Origin: Ruditapes philippinarum
Lineage: Eukaryota
NCBI RefSeq assembly: GCF_026571515.1
Contig: NW_026866023.1
Coordinates: 1-64,000, forward strand
Reading direction: 5' to 3'
Length of the DNA: 64,000 nucleotides
Below, piece by piece: positions 1-13,127 of this stretch. Below the pieces are notes generated by a model. The model had not been told where the DNA came from. It was given only the letters and a program-made list of their open reading frames with translations, and did no database searches. The stretch's first letter is position 1; each line of letters opens with the position of its first letter. A program made the translations under genes and the position numbers.

Positions 1-888
1 TTTTTTCAGAAGTTTAAAGATTTTTAAAGACCATCATGTTGTTAGAATTTTCATTTTTTGCTCTTTGTATTTAATTTTAGGGCCCTTTTCTTGAAAACTT
101 ACATAATTTGTATATAGCAAACTATACAGAGTTATACTGAGAACATGTTTAATTGTAGTGAAAAGGGTTTACATAGTGTGTTTCTAGACCATTCTATCTG
201 AAAGACCCTGATTACACCCAAGGCAGAGCTGAGGATGTTATTTCAGTTAAAGGGTTACTAATATGCACCCGCCATGGGTGTTCTTTCAGTTCAAGGGTTG
301 CAAACATGCACTATTACCCTGAGAGACATGTGTTATTTTTCTATTACACCAAAACAACATTTTAATGTAGTTTTCACCGCTATGCATTATTAATCGAAGA
401 GCCAGAGCCAGGAGAGAGAACTAGACCATAAAGTTTTCTTAAGTCTATATAGATTATCTTGCCCCTAAGTAATATTACAAAATATTATCGACTGGGTGAT
501 ATTCATTTCCAGGATGATAGATTGAAATAACACTATGTGTGATGTCACACTAGGCTAAGTAGTAAAGAACTTTAAAGACATTAATTTTTCTAAAAGTGAA
601 TTTCAACAAAAGCAGAGATGTAGATAACTGTTATCTATGTCTATGACTAATGTAGCTAAAGCTTAAATCCAAAATGCCAACCTCAAAATCTTGCATCAAT
701 CTGTACTGCCTTACAAGGCTCTATACTGTTGGTAGCTTTATTTCTGCATTTTAAAATTGAAACCCACTGAACTTGGAATGGACTGTTCTATTTTAAAGCA
801 GGACAAATCCACTACACAAATTCAGCAGGTGGCCCCTGTTATGCTTTTCAATTTTTTAAGACTATTGGTGATCATAAAATAACTTTAC

Positions 889-3800
889 CCTTCTTTGTTG
901 TTGTAGTTTGTATTTCTGAGCAAAACTCTTTCAGTGGATCATGCTTGAATCTTTCTTTCCAATATAAACAGTAACTGAAAGAATCAAACATCAGACCTGA
1001 TTTTCTTTATTTCAAAGAAACAAGTCAACAATGACAGAAAGTTTCATAATGGAAAAACAAATATTATGATCAAATAATACAAATATGGCAATATCTAAAG
1101 TGATCTTTGAAAACAAATTTCATAGCCTATATCACGAGTTAAAGCTGTAGTTATGTATATAACAATTAAGTCCTTAAATTAATAAACAGCTGGAACCAAA
1201 TTTGATTGTGACTGTCTGTGCAATCTGAGCCAACAGTATAGAGCCTGGTCAGACTGCACAGATGTGCAGGCTGATCCGTGCACTCTGACCAGGCTCTATA
1301 CTGTTGGCTGACTAACTTTAAATATTCAAATTGATATCCCTAAAACTGATAATAGACAGTCCCAAAAATGGAAGCAGGACAAGTCCATTTAAAATATTCA
1401 GCATGTTATGGGTGAATTCTGATATTGAAATCCCTTTAACATAGGATGGACTGTTCCAAATATACAGTCGGACTAATCCATTTAACAAATTAAGTAAGAA
1501 ACTGGTTAGATGAACAATATACCATTTAATATATTCAACATAACACAAATCTGAGGAATGGATTAATAAATCAATGATAATCAACTTAACAATTAATTTG
1601 ATTATTTTCTACAAGCAGTACCATACCTTTTAAAATTGGCTATCAAATTCACATCGGCAATCACAAACTTATGTGTTTCTAATAAATGCTTTAGATAAGC
1701 ATCAAGAGTTTCAGAAATATCAAGTTTTTCAGGACATAGCACACATTGTAGAGAACTTCTAGGAGACTCACGCCCGCTGGCTGCTGTGCCCAACCAAGAG
1801 CCTTGGAGCAGTAATGGCTCTAACACGGGTTTTTCTGTATTGATGAACAGTGTATCATCTGCAAGAAAAGGGTATCATTGAAAATGATAAATGCTTGTCA
1901 GAGTGTAGGGGGTAATGTGACTTAATAATAATGGGACTTAAAAACACGTAAATTAGACTAGTGTGATAAATTCTAATGATTTTTGTTAAAAGATCTGTAT
2001 ATCTACAGTACGCTCACCGCTGATTTTGCCTTTTCCGCGATACCACCGCGGACGATATTTTTCTACCACGGACAAACGCCATGGAGGTCCGCGATAAAAA
2101 CAATTATTTCCCCCGCTATCCACAGTGTTTAGTTGTTTCCGCCGCGGACCAAAAACCGACGATTGCAGTCACATTATCGTTAAAATCAGTCATCCATGTT
2201 TCGCGGGTAACGCGGGGGTCAGAACAAGTAAATCTAAGAAAAGAAAATAATAAACAAACAAAAAAACTTACATAAGTCTACGACCTTGGATAGGCTTTTA
2301 TTTTAACATGAAGAATAAGAAATTTATACGCAGTTCTTGCATTTTTAAAATAATTTTAATTGTTTATTTTCTCATCGCCAGAATCCACAGTACACTATCC
2401 GTAAATACTACTTATTAATACCGATACCGGTATACGGCCTGGGTTACTGAGGATGCCTTTTCTTTGATATAAAAGATATTTCTTTGGTTAAGGATCAACA
2501 TTATACAGTTTTGAATTTTAACAGTACATTTCTTACTACATCCCCATAATTATTTCATGTCTTGCAACAAAAATAACAGCACCCAAATTTTTACAATCTA
2601 CGATGAAATATTAATAGAGTCCTTCTGTCTATTCACATGTAAATAAATGCATTATTACGTTAACTTAAATAATCAGGGTCTAGACACAGAAAAAATACAC
2701 GTTGCAATAACTTTTGACTAGCAGTACGGGCCCGGACGCAAGCTGTTGCAACTTCTGAAATTGACGTCCAAAAACATTCTGAAAGGGAAAATAAAGGCAA
2801 AAAAATTATTTTATTAGACTCTTAACTGTACAATTATTTCATAAAGTTTTAACAAGTTCCATAAAATACTTATAAATTCAATCGTTTTCACGATGAATAC
2901 CACCGCGGTCCACGGTGATTGACCACCGCGTTCCCCCGCAATTAACCACTGTGTTCCGCGGGGGAAACGCTTACAGCTGTAGATTTATGTCCGCGGTGGT
3001 GAAAAATTTCTGCAAAATTGAGCAAATTTTTGTCCGCGATGAGTCTCATCCGCGGGGACACATTATATTAAGGTACATGTATGACCCACCTAATGCATTA
3101 GCTTCACTTTGAAGAGCATTCAAATAGGCTAGAACTACTGTCAACTTCATTGAAACTGAGGGGCTCGGGTTCAAACCCCAGAGGAGGCAATTTTTTTTTC
3201 TTTCTTTGAATATTATTTATGTGTCTCTTGGATCCATCTTGGAAAGAAAAAATTGTTTCATTTTGATTATAGAATTATTATTGATATTTATTGACTAAAA
3301 TAAAATTATGCCAAATTTATTATAAAATATGGTACCTGATATTTTCTAAGTCCAATAAAATAAAATCTAGACTGTAAAAGTACATTATAATTAACAAGAT
3401 CCACCAATATACTTTAAAGAAAATTTAGGCAAACTTTGAAAACAGCCCATCATTTTGGTGAATTTTAAGGATATTTTGAAAAAGGCCCTCCAAGTAGGAA
3501 AATGATTTAATTGAAAATTGTTATCTACACATCATATGCCATATGTATTAATTACCTGTTTACTTCTGGCTATCAGATGCAAACGGGGAGTGTACCCGTC
3601 AGTGATTGGCTGAAAGTTAAACTGCTTTAATTTGGATAATTTGTCATGCGTACTGGCTACTGTACCTGAAGGCGGGGCTTATTACTTAAATACTTTGTTG
3701 ATGCGCAGTTTTTGCATCTGCATTTATTGATTGACAAACAGTTAAGTTTCCATGCATCCATCAGAAATTATCACGGGTTAAAAATGACATGCAAGCTGAT

Positions 3801-6406
3801 TTTATGATGTGTCAAACAAGTGCATTCAGAATTTCCGTGGGTGAAGACCCGAGGTCTCGGATCAAACAAACACCCTGTTAGGGTGTTCGTAAGACTCTGA
3901 AACTCTAGGATCAATGATCTGCTACAACAAAATTTTTAAGGATCAAACCCAAATATTCAATGGTCAGCTTATTTTAAGTATCACTGATCTAAATTCATAC
4001 AGCTTATTTAGCAACCACATGTATAAAACATATTTCATAAGGAAAAGCTTGCAATTGTTTTTTTTTTGTTGTTCTTTTACAAATTACAATGTAAGACATA
4101 TTCAGCACAGTTAGACCTTTGAGGCTGAGCTTTGTGCTGTTTGTTAAGCTTCTTGAATTTCAGAATACACCCATTGACAGTCTCTATATGAACTATGTAA
4201 ATAACCGAGGTATATCAAGTGAAAAAACACAAGTTGTTTCCCTTATCTTCGAGTAAAATCGATATCTCTAATGCTAAAACAATGCAAATTTAGCCGTTTT
4301 TAAACTGCTAGTTTGGGGTGATTTAATGTCTGATTTTAAAATTTATTTCACCAATGAAAAGCTTGAGATCTTAGCTTCGTCTCAGTATATATTTCAACAC
4401 ATTGTTTGACACCGAAGGTATTTAAATCTACGGTTAAACCTACCACAAGTCAGACCATTTTACATAGGTTTTATACATTGAGATACGCAATCTGTTATCT
4501 TTACTAGCAATACACCGATAAACACTTTCCCCAACTAGCAGACAACAGGCTATTCTTATCAGTAGGTTTTCGAGTAAAGATAACCGGTTGCGTATCTCAA
4601 TGTATAAATCATATGTAAAATGGGCTGACATATGGTAGGTTTAACAGTTAATTTAAATACTTTGGTGTCAAAAGATATGTAAAATTATATACTGTGACAA
4701 AGCTAAGATCCCAAGCTTTCCATTGATGTAATAATTTTTAAAATCGGACATTTAATCACAACAAACAAGCAGTTTCAAAATGGCTTAATTTGTATTGTTT
4801 TAGCGTAAGAGATACCAATTTTACTCGAAGATAAGGGAAACAACTCGTATTTTTTCACTCGATATACCTTGGGTATTTACGTAGTTCACATGAAAAGTGT
4901 TTATGGGTGTATTCTACTGATAAGAATAGCCTGTCATCTGCTAGTTCGGAAACTGTCAATCCGTGTATTGATTGTGCCGTTTGTTAAGCTTCTTGAATTT
5001 TAGAATTGATAAGCAGTAACTGTTGCTAACTCCAGGTGATCCAAATTTTTGTTTTGATGTCTATGCTATTCATTCAAGGCTAATTATTTTTTTAATTAAA
5101 GCTTGAATGTTTCCGTTATAGAGCAAATCTCTTTCCGAGTGCTCAATATCGGGTTTGCCTAAAATACGAAAGTGAGATTTTTGACGAAAGTGAGCGAAAG
5201 TGACTTTTAGAATTTGAATTGTATCGTTTTAATAGAATTTTACAGTAAAATTGCTGTTTGTCGACGTATATTATTAGCAACTTATTATATATATATTATA
5301 ATAAATAACCATAATCATGATTTAATCGCCATTTATTGGCCTAATTTCTATATACAAGTTCAGCGATCTTCCTTTCGCTTACATTGAAAAATACGAAAGT
5401 GACTTGTAAAATATCAAATATTGAGTTTGAATTGAAAATGTCCTTAAACTGCAGCGTATATTTTCAGAAATTAATAATTTGATATTCAACACTATATTTC
5501 AGTTAAACCTTATATTTGATATTTTAGAGGTCACTTTCGTATTTTCAATGTGAGCGAAAGGAAGATTGTTGAACTTGTATATATAGAAATTATGTAGAAA
5601 AAATGGGGTAAAAATCATCATAATGATTAATTTTGAAAATAAATAATATTAATTTTGGATATTATACGCCTGAAAAATGCAATTTATGTGTAACTTTCAA
5701 TTTGAACAATGCTTTATTTCATATTTTACAAGTCACTTTCGTATTCTTCAATGTGAGCGCAAGGAAGATCTCAGAACTTGTGCATAGAAATTATTCAAAC
5801 AAATGGTGATTAAATCATCATAATGATTATTATTGAAAACATATATTATATATTTCTGATGATATACGTCTGCAAACTGCAATTTTAGTATAAATTTCAA
5901 TTTAAACTTTATATTTAATATTTTACATGTCACTTTCGTATTTTTCAAAGTGAGCGAAAGGAAGATCTCAGAACTTGTGTATAGAAATTGTGCAAATAAA
6001 TGGCGATTAAATCATCATAGGGATTATTTTTGAAAAGAAATATTATTAGTTGCTAATAATATACGTCTACAAACAGAAAATTCACTGTGAAATTCTATTA
6101 AAACGGTACAATTCAAATTTTAAAAGTCACTTTCGCCCACTTTCGCCAAAAATCTCACTTTCGTATTTTAGGCATACCGCTCAATATCAATGGGTATCCG
6201 CCTACTCTTCCGTACGAGTATAGTACAACTTTGTTGTCAATCAATTCTATCTGTTTCCGTGTACTATCAGTTTCAATTAAATATTCATTATATGTAAATT
6301 ATGAAATAATGTCTTATTTCACAAATATGCACTTTATTCACGTAGAATAGATCACATATATTTAAGCGAAATATAAATGTTTACCACTTCTCATGGAGGC
6401 TGCCAT
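889..6406 (-). CDS. ZNF277: Zinc finger protein 277, 5' part (exons 6406-6385, 1858-1627, 974-889); continues beyond the left window edge
   Basis: Spliced translation MAASMRS-DDTLFINTEKPVLEPLLLQGS...LQCVLCPEKLDISETLDAYLKHLLETHKFVIADVNLIANFK-SYCLYWKERFKHDPLKEFCSEI resembles recalled human ZNF277 (MAAS...ILEPLSL...CIFC...LLKHMIIEHKIVIADVKLVADFQRYILYWRKRF...DFCSVI). All junctions are GT-AG with compatible phases (1, 2). Exon 1 is only 22 coding nt and is less certain. Confidence 0.9.
1215..1500. repeat. Degenerate dispersed MITE-like repeat in a ZNF277 intron; related pieces at ~700-830 and ~14320-14460
   Basis: Inverted arms aacagtatagagcctggtcaga / tctgaccaggctctatactgtt. The tail 'gcaggacaa(g/a)tcca..aaattcagca' recurs in the other copies. 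Confidence 0.55.
2005..3070. mobile_element. Probable non-autonomous DNA transposon with CCGCGG-rich imperfect inverted ends
   Basis: GC-rich CCGCGG clusters at 2015-2220 and 2900-3060 show patchy reverse-complement similarity (accacggacaaa vs atgtccgcggtggt) around an AT-rich core. No TSD identified. Confidence 0.45.
4162..4970. mobile_element. Foldback/palindromic element with ~345-bp inverted arms
   Basis: 4162-4505 is the diverged reverse complement of 4574-4915, e.g. gttgtttcccttatcttcgagtaaaat / attttactcgaagataagggaaacaac. It is flanked by a ~34-bp direct repeat at 4133 and 4973. Confidence 0.8.
5151..6179. mobile_element. Non-autonomous Mutator (MULE)/Foldback-like element with long TIRs and a 9-bp TSD
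   Basis: TSD ctcaatatc at 5142-5150 and 6180-6188. TIRs of ~250 bp (gggtttgcctaaaatacgaaagtgagattttt... / ...aaaaatctcactttcgtattttaggcataccg). About three internal ~200-bp tandem subrepeats at 5530-6130. Confidence 0.85.
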
Positions 6407-6595
6407 TTTATCTTAAATATTTACGACTCAAATTATTGGCATCATCATCATCATGAAGAACAAATTTGTGGTCAAAGGTGCTAGTCGCTCTAATTTGAGC
6501 TAAAATACGTTTAAATCTTGTTATCTTTGTAATGTATCTCATCTCCTTAGTATTGTTTTTTTTTTTTTTGTAAAGTGGATACATGCTTTAGTTTA

Positions 6596-9500
6596 TATGA
6601 TGTTGTCTAAGAAATGATTAGCCAGTTAACATCTAATTACCTCTGTATGTTGCTGGCTAAGAAATGATTAGCCAGTTAACATCTGATTACCTCTGTATGA
6701 TGTTGACTAAGAAATGATTAACTGGTTAACCTCTGATTACCTCTGCATGATGTTGGCTAAGAAATTATTAACTGGTTAACATCTGATTACCTCTGTATGG
6801 TGTTGGCTAAGAAGTGATTAGCCAGTTAACATCTGATTACCTCTGTATGATGTTGGCTAAGAAATTATTAACTGGTTAACATCTGGTTATTTCTGTATGG
6901 TGTTGACTAAGAAATGATTAACTGGTTAACATCTGATTACTTCAATATGGTGTTGACTAAGAAATGATTAACCGGTTAACATCTGATTACCTCTGTATGA
7001 TGTTGACTAAGAAATGATTAACTGGTTTACATCTGATTACTTCTGTATGGTGTTGACTTAAAGAAAAGATTAGCCGTTTAACCTCTGATTACCTCTGTTT
7101 AGTGTTGACTTAGTAATGATTAACTGGCTCACATCTGATTACTTGTGTATGGTGTTGGCTAAGAAATGATTAGCCAGTTAACATCTGATTACCTCTGTAT
7201 GATGTTGACTAAGAAATAATTAACTGGTTAACCTCTGATTTCCTCCGTATGATGTTAGCTAATAAATTATTAACTGGTTAACATCTGATTACCTTTGTAT
7301 GATTTTGACTAAGAAATGATTAAATGGTTAACATCTGATTACTTGTGTATGGTGTTGACTAAGAATGATTAACTGGTTAACATCTGATTACTACTGTATG
7401 ATGTTGACTAAGAAATTATTAGACGTTTAACATCTGATTACCTCTATATGATGTTGGCTAAGAAATGATTAGCCAGTTGACATCTGATTACCTCTGTATG
7501 GTGTTGGCTAAGAAATTATTAACTGGTTAACATCTGATTACTTCTGTATGGTGTTGACTAAGAAATGATTAACTGGTTAACATCTGATTACCTCTGTATG
7601 ATGTTGACTAAGAAATGATTAACTGGTTAACATCTGATTACTTCTGTATGGTGTTGGCTTAGAAATTATTAACTGGTTAACATCTGATTACTTCTGTCTG
7701 ATGTTGACTAAGAAATAATTAGCTGGTTAACATCTGATTACCTCTGTATGGTGTTGGCTTAGAAATTATTAACTGGTTAACATCTGATTACTTCTGTATG
7801 ATGTTGACTAAGAAATTATTAGCCATTTAACCTCTGATTACCTCTGTATGGTGTTGGCTTAGAAATTATTAACTGGTTAACATCTGATTACTTCTGTATG
7901 ATGTTGACTAAGAAATGATTAGCTGGTTAACATCTGATTACCTCTGTATGGTGTTGGCTAAGAAATGATTAACTGGTTAACCTCTGATTACTTCTGTATG
8001 GTGTTGACTAAGAAATGATTAACTGGTTAACATCTGATTACCTCTGTATGATGTTGGCTAAGAAATGATTAACTGGTTAACATCTGATTACCTCTGTATG
8101 ATGTTGGCTAAGAAATGATTAACTGGTTAACATCTGATAACTTCTGTATGATAATGACTAAGAAATGATTAGCTGGTTAACATCTGATTACCTCTTTATG
8201 GTGTTGGCTAAGAAATGATTAGCCAGTTAACATATGATTACTTCTGTATGGTGTTGGCTTAGAAATTATTAACTGGTTAACATCTGATTACTTCTCTATG
8301 ATGTTGACTAAGAAATGATTAACTGGTTAACATCTGATTTCTTCTGTTTGATGTTGACTAAGAAATGATTAACTGGTTATTATCTGATTACCTCTGCATG
8401 ATGTTGGCTAAGAAATGATTAACTGGTTATTATCTGATTACCTCTGTATTATGTTGACTAAGGAATGATTAACCGGTTAACATCTGATTACTTCTGTATG
8501 GTGTTGACTAAGAAATGATTAACTGGTTAACATCTGATTACTTCAATATGGTGTTGACTAAGAAATGATTAACTGGTTAACATCTGATTACCTCTGTATG
8601 ATGTTGACTAAGAAATGATTAACTGGTTTACATCTGATTACTTCTGTATGGTGTTGACTTAAAGAAAAGATTAGCCGTTTAACCTCTGATTACCTCTGTT
8701 TAGTGTTGACTTAGTAATGATTAACTGGCTCACATCTGATTACTTGTGTATGGTGTTGGCTAAGAAATGATTAGCCAGTTAACATCTGATTACCTCTGTA
8801 TGATGTTGACTAAGAAATAATTAACTGGTTAACCTCTGATTTCCTCTGTATGATGTTAGCTAATAAAATTATTAACTGGTTAACATCTGATTACCTTTGT
8901 ATGATTTTGACTAAGAAATGATTAAATGGTTAACATCTGATTACTTGTGTATGGTGTTGACTAAGAAATGATTAACTGGTTAACATCTGATTACTACTGT
9001 ATGATGCTGACTAAGAAATTATTAGACGTTTAACATCTGATTACCTCTATATGATGTTTGGCTAAGAAATGATTAGCCAGTTGACATCTGATTACCTCTG
9101 TATGGTGTTGGCTAAGAAATTATTAACTGGTTAACATCTGATTACTTCTGTATGGTGTTGACTAAGAAATGATTAACTGGTTAACATCTGATTACCTCTG
9201 TATGATGTTGACTAAGAAATGATTAACTGGTTAACATCTGATTACTTCTGTATGGTGTTGGCTTAGAAATTATTAACTGGTTAACATCTGATTACTTTCT
9301 GTCTGATGTTGACTAAGAAATAATTAGCTGGTTAACATCTGATTACCTCTGTATGGTGTTGGCTTAGAAATTATTAACTGGTTAACATCTGATTACTTCT
9401 GTATGATGTTGACTAAGAAATTATTAGCCATTTAACCTCTGATTACCTCTGTATGGTGTTGGCTTAGAAATTATTAACTGGTTAACATCTGATTACTTCT

Positions 9501-10100
9501 GTATGATGTTGACTAAGAAATGATTAGCCGGTTAACATCTGATACCTCTGTATGGTGTTGGCTAAGAAATGATTAACTGGTTAACCTCTGATTACTTCTG
9601 TATGGTGTTGACTAAGAAATGATTAACTGGTTAACATCTGATTACCTCTGTATGATGTTGGCTAAGAAATGATTAACTGGTTAACATCTGATAACTTCTG
9701 TATGATAATGACTAAGAAATGATTAGCTGGTTAACATCTGATTACCTCTTTATGGTTTGGCTAAGAAATGATTTAGCCAGTTAACATATGATTACTTCTG
9801 TATGGTGTTGGCTTAGAAATTATTAACTGGTTAACATCTGATTACTTCTCTATGATGTTGAACTAAGAAATGATTAACTGGTTAACATCTGATTTCTTCT
9901 GTTTGATGTTGACTAAGAAATGATTAACTGGTTATTATCTGATTACCTCTGCATGATGTTGGCTAAGAAATGATTAACTGGTTATTATCTGATTACCTCT
10001 GTATTATGTTGACTAAGGAATTATTAACCGGTTAACTTATGATTACCTCTGTATGATGTTGATTGAGAAATGGTAATAAACTTATATCTGATTACTTCCT
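6596..10100. repeat. 50-bp minisatellite array, ~70 units (copy A)
   Basis: Unit agaaatgattaactggttaacatctgattacctctgtatgatgttgacta repeats in tandem and includes a ~1601-bp internal block duplication. Confidence 0.97.
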
Positions 10101-11225
10101 TAATGGCTTTGGCTAATTATGGGTTAAGGTGAATGCATTTAAATTCTTATCTTATGGCATTGGTGAAGACAGGGTTAACTGGTTTATATCCAATTATTTT
10201 CTATGATCTTGGCTAATTAAGGGTTAAGTGGTTGCCTTTTTAAATGCCTCTTAAGAAATGGTTAAATAAAATTTCCTCTATTGCCTCTCTATGTTGATGG
10301 CTATAATAGTGTGTGGATGTTTTCATCAGGCTTTTCATCTCCTCTTCTATTGGCCATGAAATAAAGAAGTCTGAATTAAGTGATGTGGTACATTATGAAT
10401 TAGGTGATGTGGTACATTATAATGCCTTTTTAAACTCTTTTTTACTGTATATGTATGAATTGGTCAGCCCTGGTGGTTTACATGTACTAACATTCTTTTG
10501 AAGCTGTCTATGAAATGGTAATGTAGCTGTAGACTATTGTACTTGTTTTTGATTTGGATAGATTTACACTTATGGAGTTGCCTATAAAATGGTTATTTAT
10601 GGTTCATTTAAAGATGTTTTCGGGAGTTTTCATATAGACATATAGGTAAAATTAAAACTGTTCAATAGAATTTCTTTAAACTTGGCATGTTGTTAGATTA
10701 TGATAACAGAAACATTTTAAGCGAAAAAAAAATTGGGGTCACCATTCTCGTTTTTGAGTTATCTGCCCTTGAATTAGACTTTTCTACTTATTTGAGGTCA
10801 TTTCAACCCATTATGTTGGTTTTGTCATGACGCGGCTCAAATAGGTTTTATGAATGACTGATACAGAGAGTCAGAGACTTCTGCATTATTTTTCATATTC
10901 TTTTTACATTAGTCAATTTTAATACATGTATTTAAGGACAAGTATTAGATGTACACGAAAAAACTTTAGATCAAAGGATGTTTAACTGAATATTTATAAA
11001 CATATTTGTATAGTATTTTATTTTGCATTTGCCATTTTATCTTAAATATTTACGACTCAAATTATTGGCATCATCATCATCATGAAGAACAAATTTGTGG
11101 TCAAAGGTGCTAGTCGCTCTAATTTGAGCTAAAATACGTTTAAATCTTGTTATCTTTGTAATGTATGTCATCTCCTTAGTATTGTTTTTTTTTTTTTTTT
11201 GTAAAGTGGATACATGCTTTAGTTT

Positions 11226-13127
11226 ATATGATGTTGTCTAAGAAATGATTAGCCAGTTAACATCTAATTACCTCTGTATGTTGCTGGCTAAGAAATGATT
11301 AGCCAGTTAACATCTGATTACCTCTGTATGATGTTGACTAAGAAATGATTAACTGGTTAACCTCTGATTACCTCTGCATGATGTTGGCTAAGAAATTATT
11401 AACTGGTTAACATCTGATTACCTCTGTATGGTGTTGGCTAAGAAATGATTAGCCAGTTAACATCTGATTACCTCTGTATGGTGTAGGCTAAGAAATTATT
11501 AACTGGTTAACATCTGGTTACTTCTGTATGGTGTTGACTAAGAAATGATTAACTGGTTAACATCTGATTACTTCAATATGGTGTTGACTAAGAAATGATT
11601 AACCGGTTAACATCTGATTACCTCTGTATGATGTTGACTAAGAAATGATTAACTGGTTTACATCTGATTACTTCTGTATGGTGTTGACTTAAAGAAAAGA
11701 TTAGCCGTTTAACCTCTGATTACCTCTGTTTAGTGTTGACTTAGTAATGATTAACTGGCTCACATCTGATTACTTGTGTATGGTGTTGGCTAAGAAATGA
11801 TTAGCCAGTTAACATCTGATTACCTCTGTATGATGTTGACTAAGAAATAATTAACTGGTTAACCTCTGATTTCCTCTGTATGATGTTAGCTAATAAATTA
11901 TTAACTGGTTAACATCTGATTACCTTTGTATGATTTTGACTAAGAAATGATTAAATGGTTAACATCTGATTACTTGTGTATGGTGTTGACTAAGAAATGA
12001 TTAACTGGTTAACATCTGATTACTACTGTATGATGTTGACTAAGAAATTATTAGACGTTTAACATCTGATTACCTCTATATGATGTTGGCTAAGAAATGA
12101 TTAGCCAGTTGACATCTGATTACCTCTGTATGGTGTTGGCTAAGAAATTATTAACTGGTTAACATCTGATTACTTCTGTATGGTGTTGACTAAGAAATGA
12201 TTAACTGGTTAACATCTGATTACCTCTGTATGATGTTGACTAAGAAATGATTAACTGGTTAACATCTGATTACTTCTGTATGGTGTTGGCTTAGAAATTA
12301 TTAACTGGTTAACATCTGATTACTTCTGTCTGATGTTGACTAAGAAATAATTAGCTGGTTAACATCTGATTACCTCTGTATGGTGTTGGCTTAGAAATTA
12401 TTAACTGGTTAACATCTGATTACTTCTGTATGATGTTGACTAAGAAATTATTAGCCATTTAACCTCTGATTACCTCTGTATGGTGTTGGCTTAGAAATTA
12501 TTAACTGGTTAACATCTGATTACTTCTGTATGATGTTGACTAAGAAATGATTAGCCGGTTAACATCTGATTACCTCTGTATGGTGTTGGCTAAGAAATGA
12601 TTAACTGGTTAACCTCTGATTACTTCTGTATGGTGTTGACTAAGAAATGATTAACTGGTTAACATCTGATTACCTCTGTATGATGTTGGCTAAGAAATGA
12701 TTAACTGGTTAACATCTGATAACTTCTGTATGATAATGACTAAGAAATGATTAGCTGGTTAACATCTGATTACCTCTTTATGGTGTTGGCTAAGAAATGA
12801 TTAGCCAGTTAACATATGATTACTTCTGTATGGTGTTGGCTTAGAAATTATTAACTGGTTAACATCTGATTACTTCTCTATGATGTTGACTAAGAAATGA
12901 TTAACTGGTTAACATCTGATTTCTTCTGTTTGATGTTGACTAAGAAATGATTAACTGGTTATTATCTGATTACCTCTGCATGATGTTGGCTAAGAAATGA
13001 TTAACTGGTTATTATCTGATTACCTCTGTATTATGTTGACTAAGGAATTATTAACCGGTTAACTTATGATTACCTCTGTATGATGTTGATTGAGAAATGG
13101 TAATAAACTTATATCTGATTACTTCCT
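11226..13127. repeat. 50-bp minisatellite array, ~38 units (copy B)
   Basis: Same unit and same order of variant units as copy A. Confidence 0.97.

Noticed and set aside
6596-13127. CRISPR-like appearance of the regular repeat arrays
   Set aside because: Units are contiguous 50-bp tandem copies with no unique spacers, no cas genes are present, and the context is eukaryotic.
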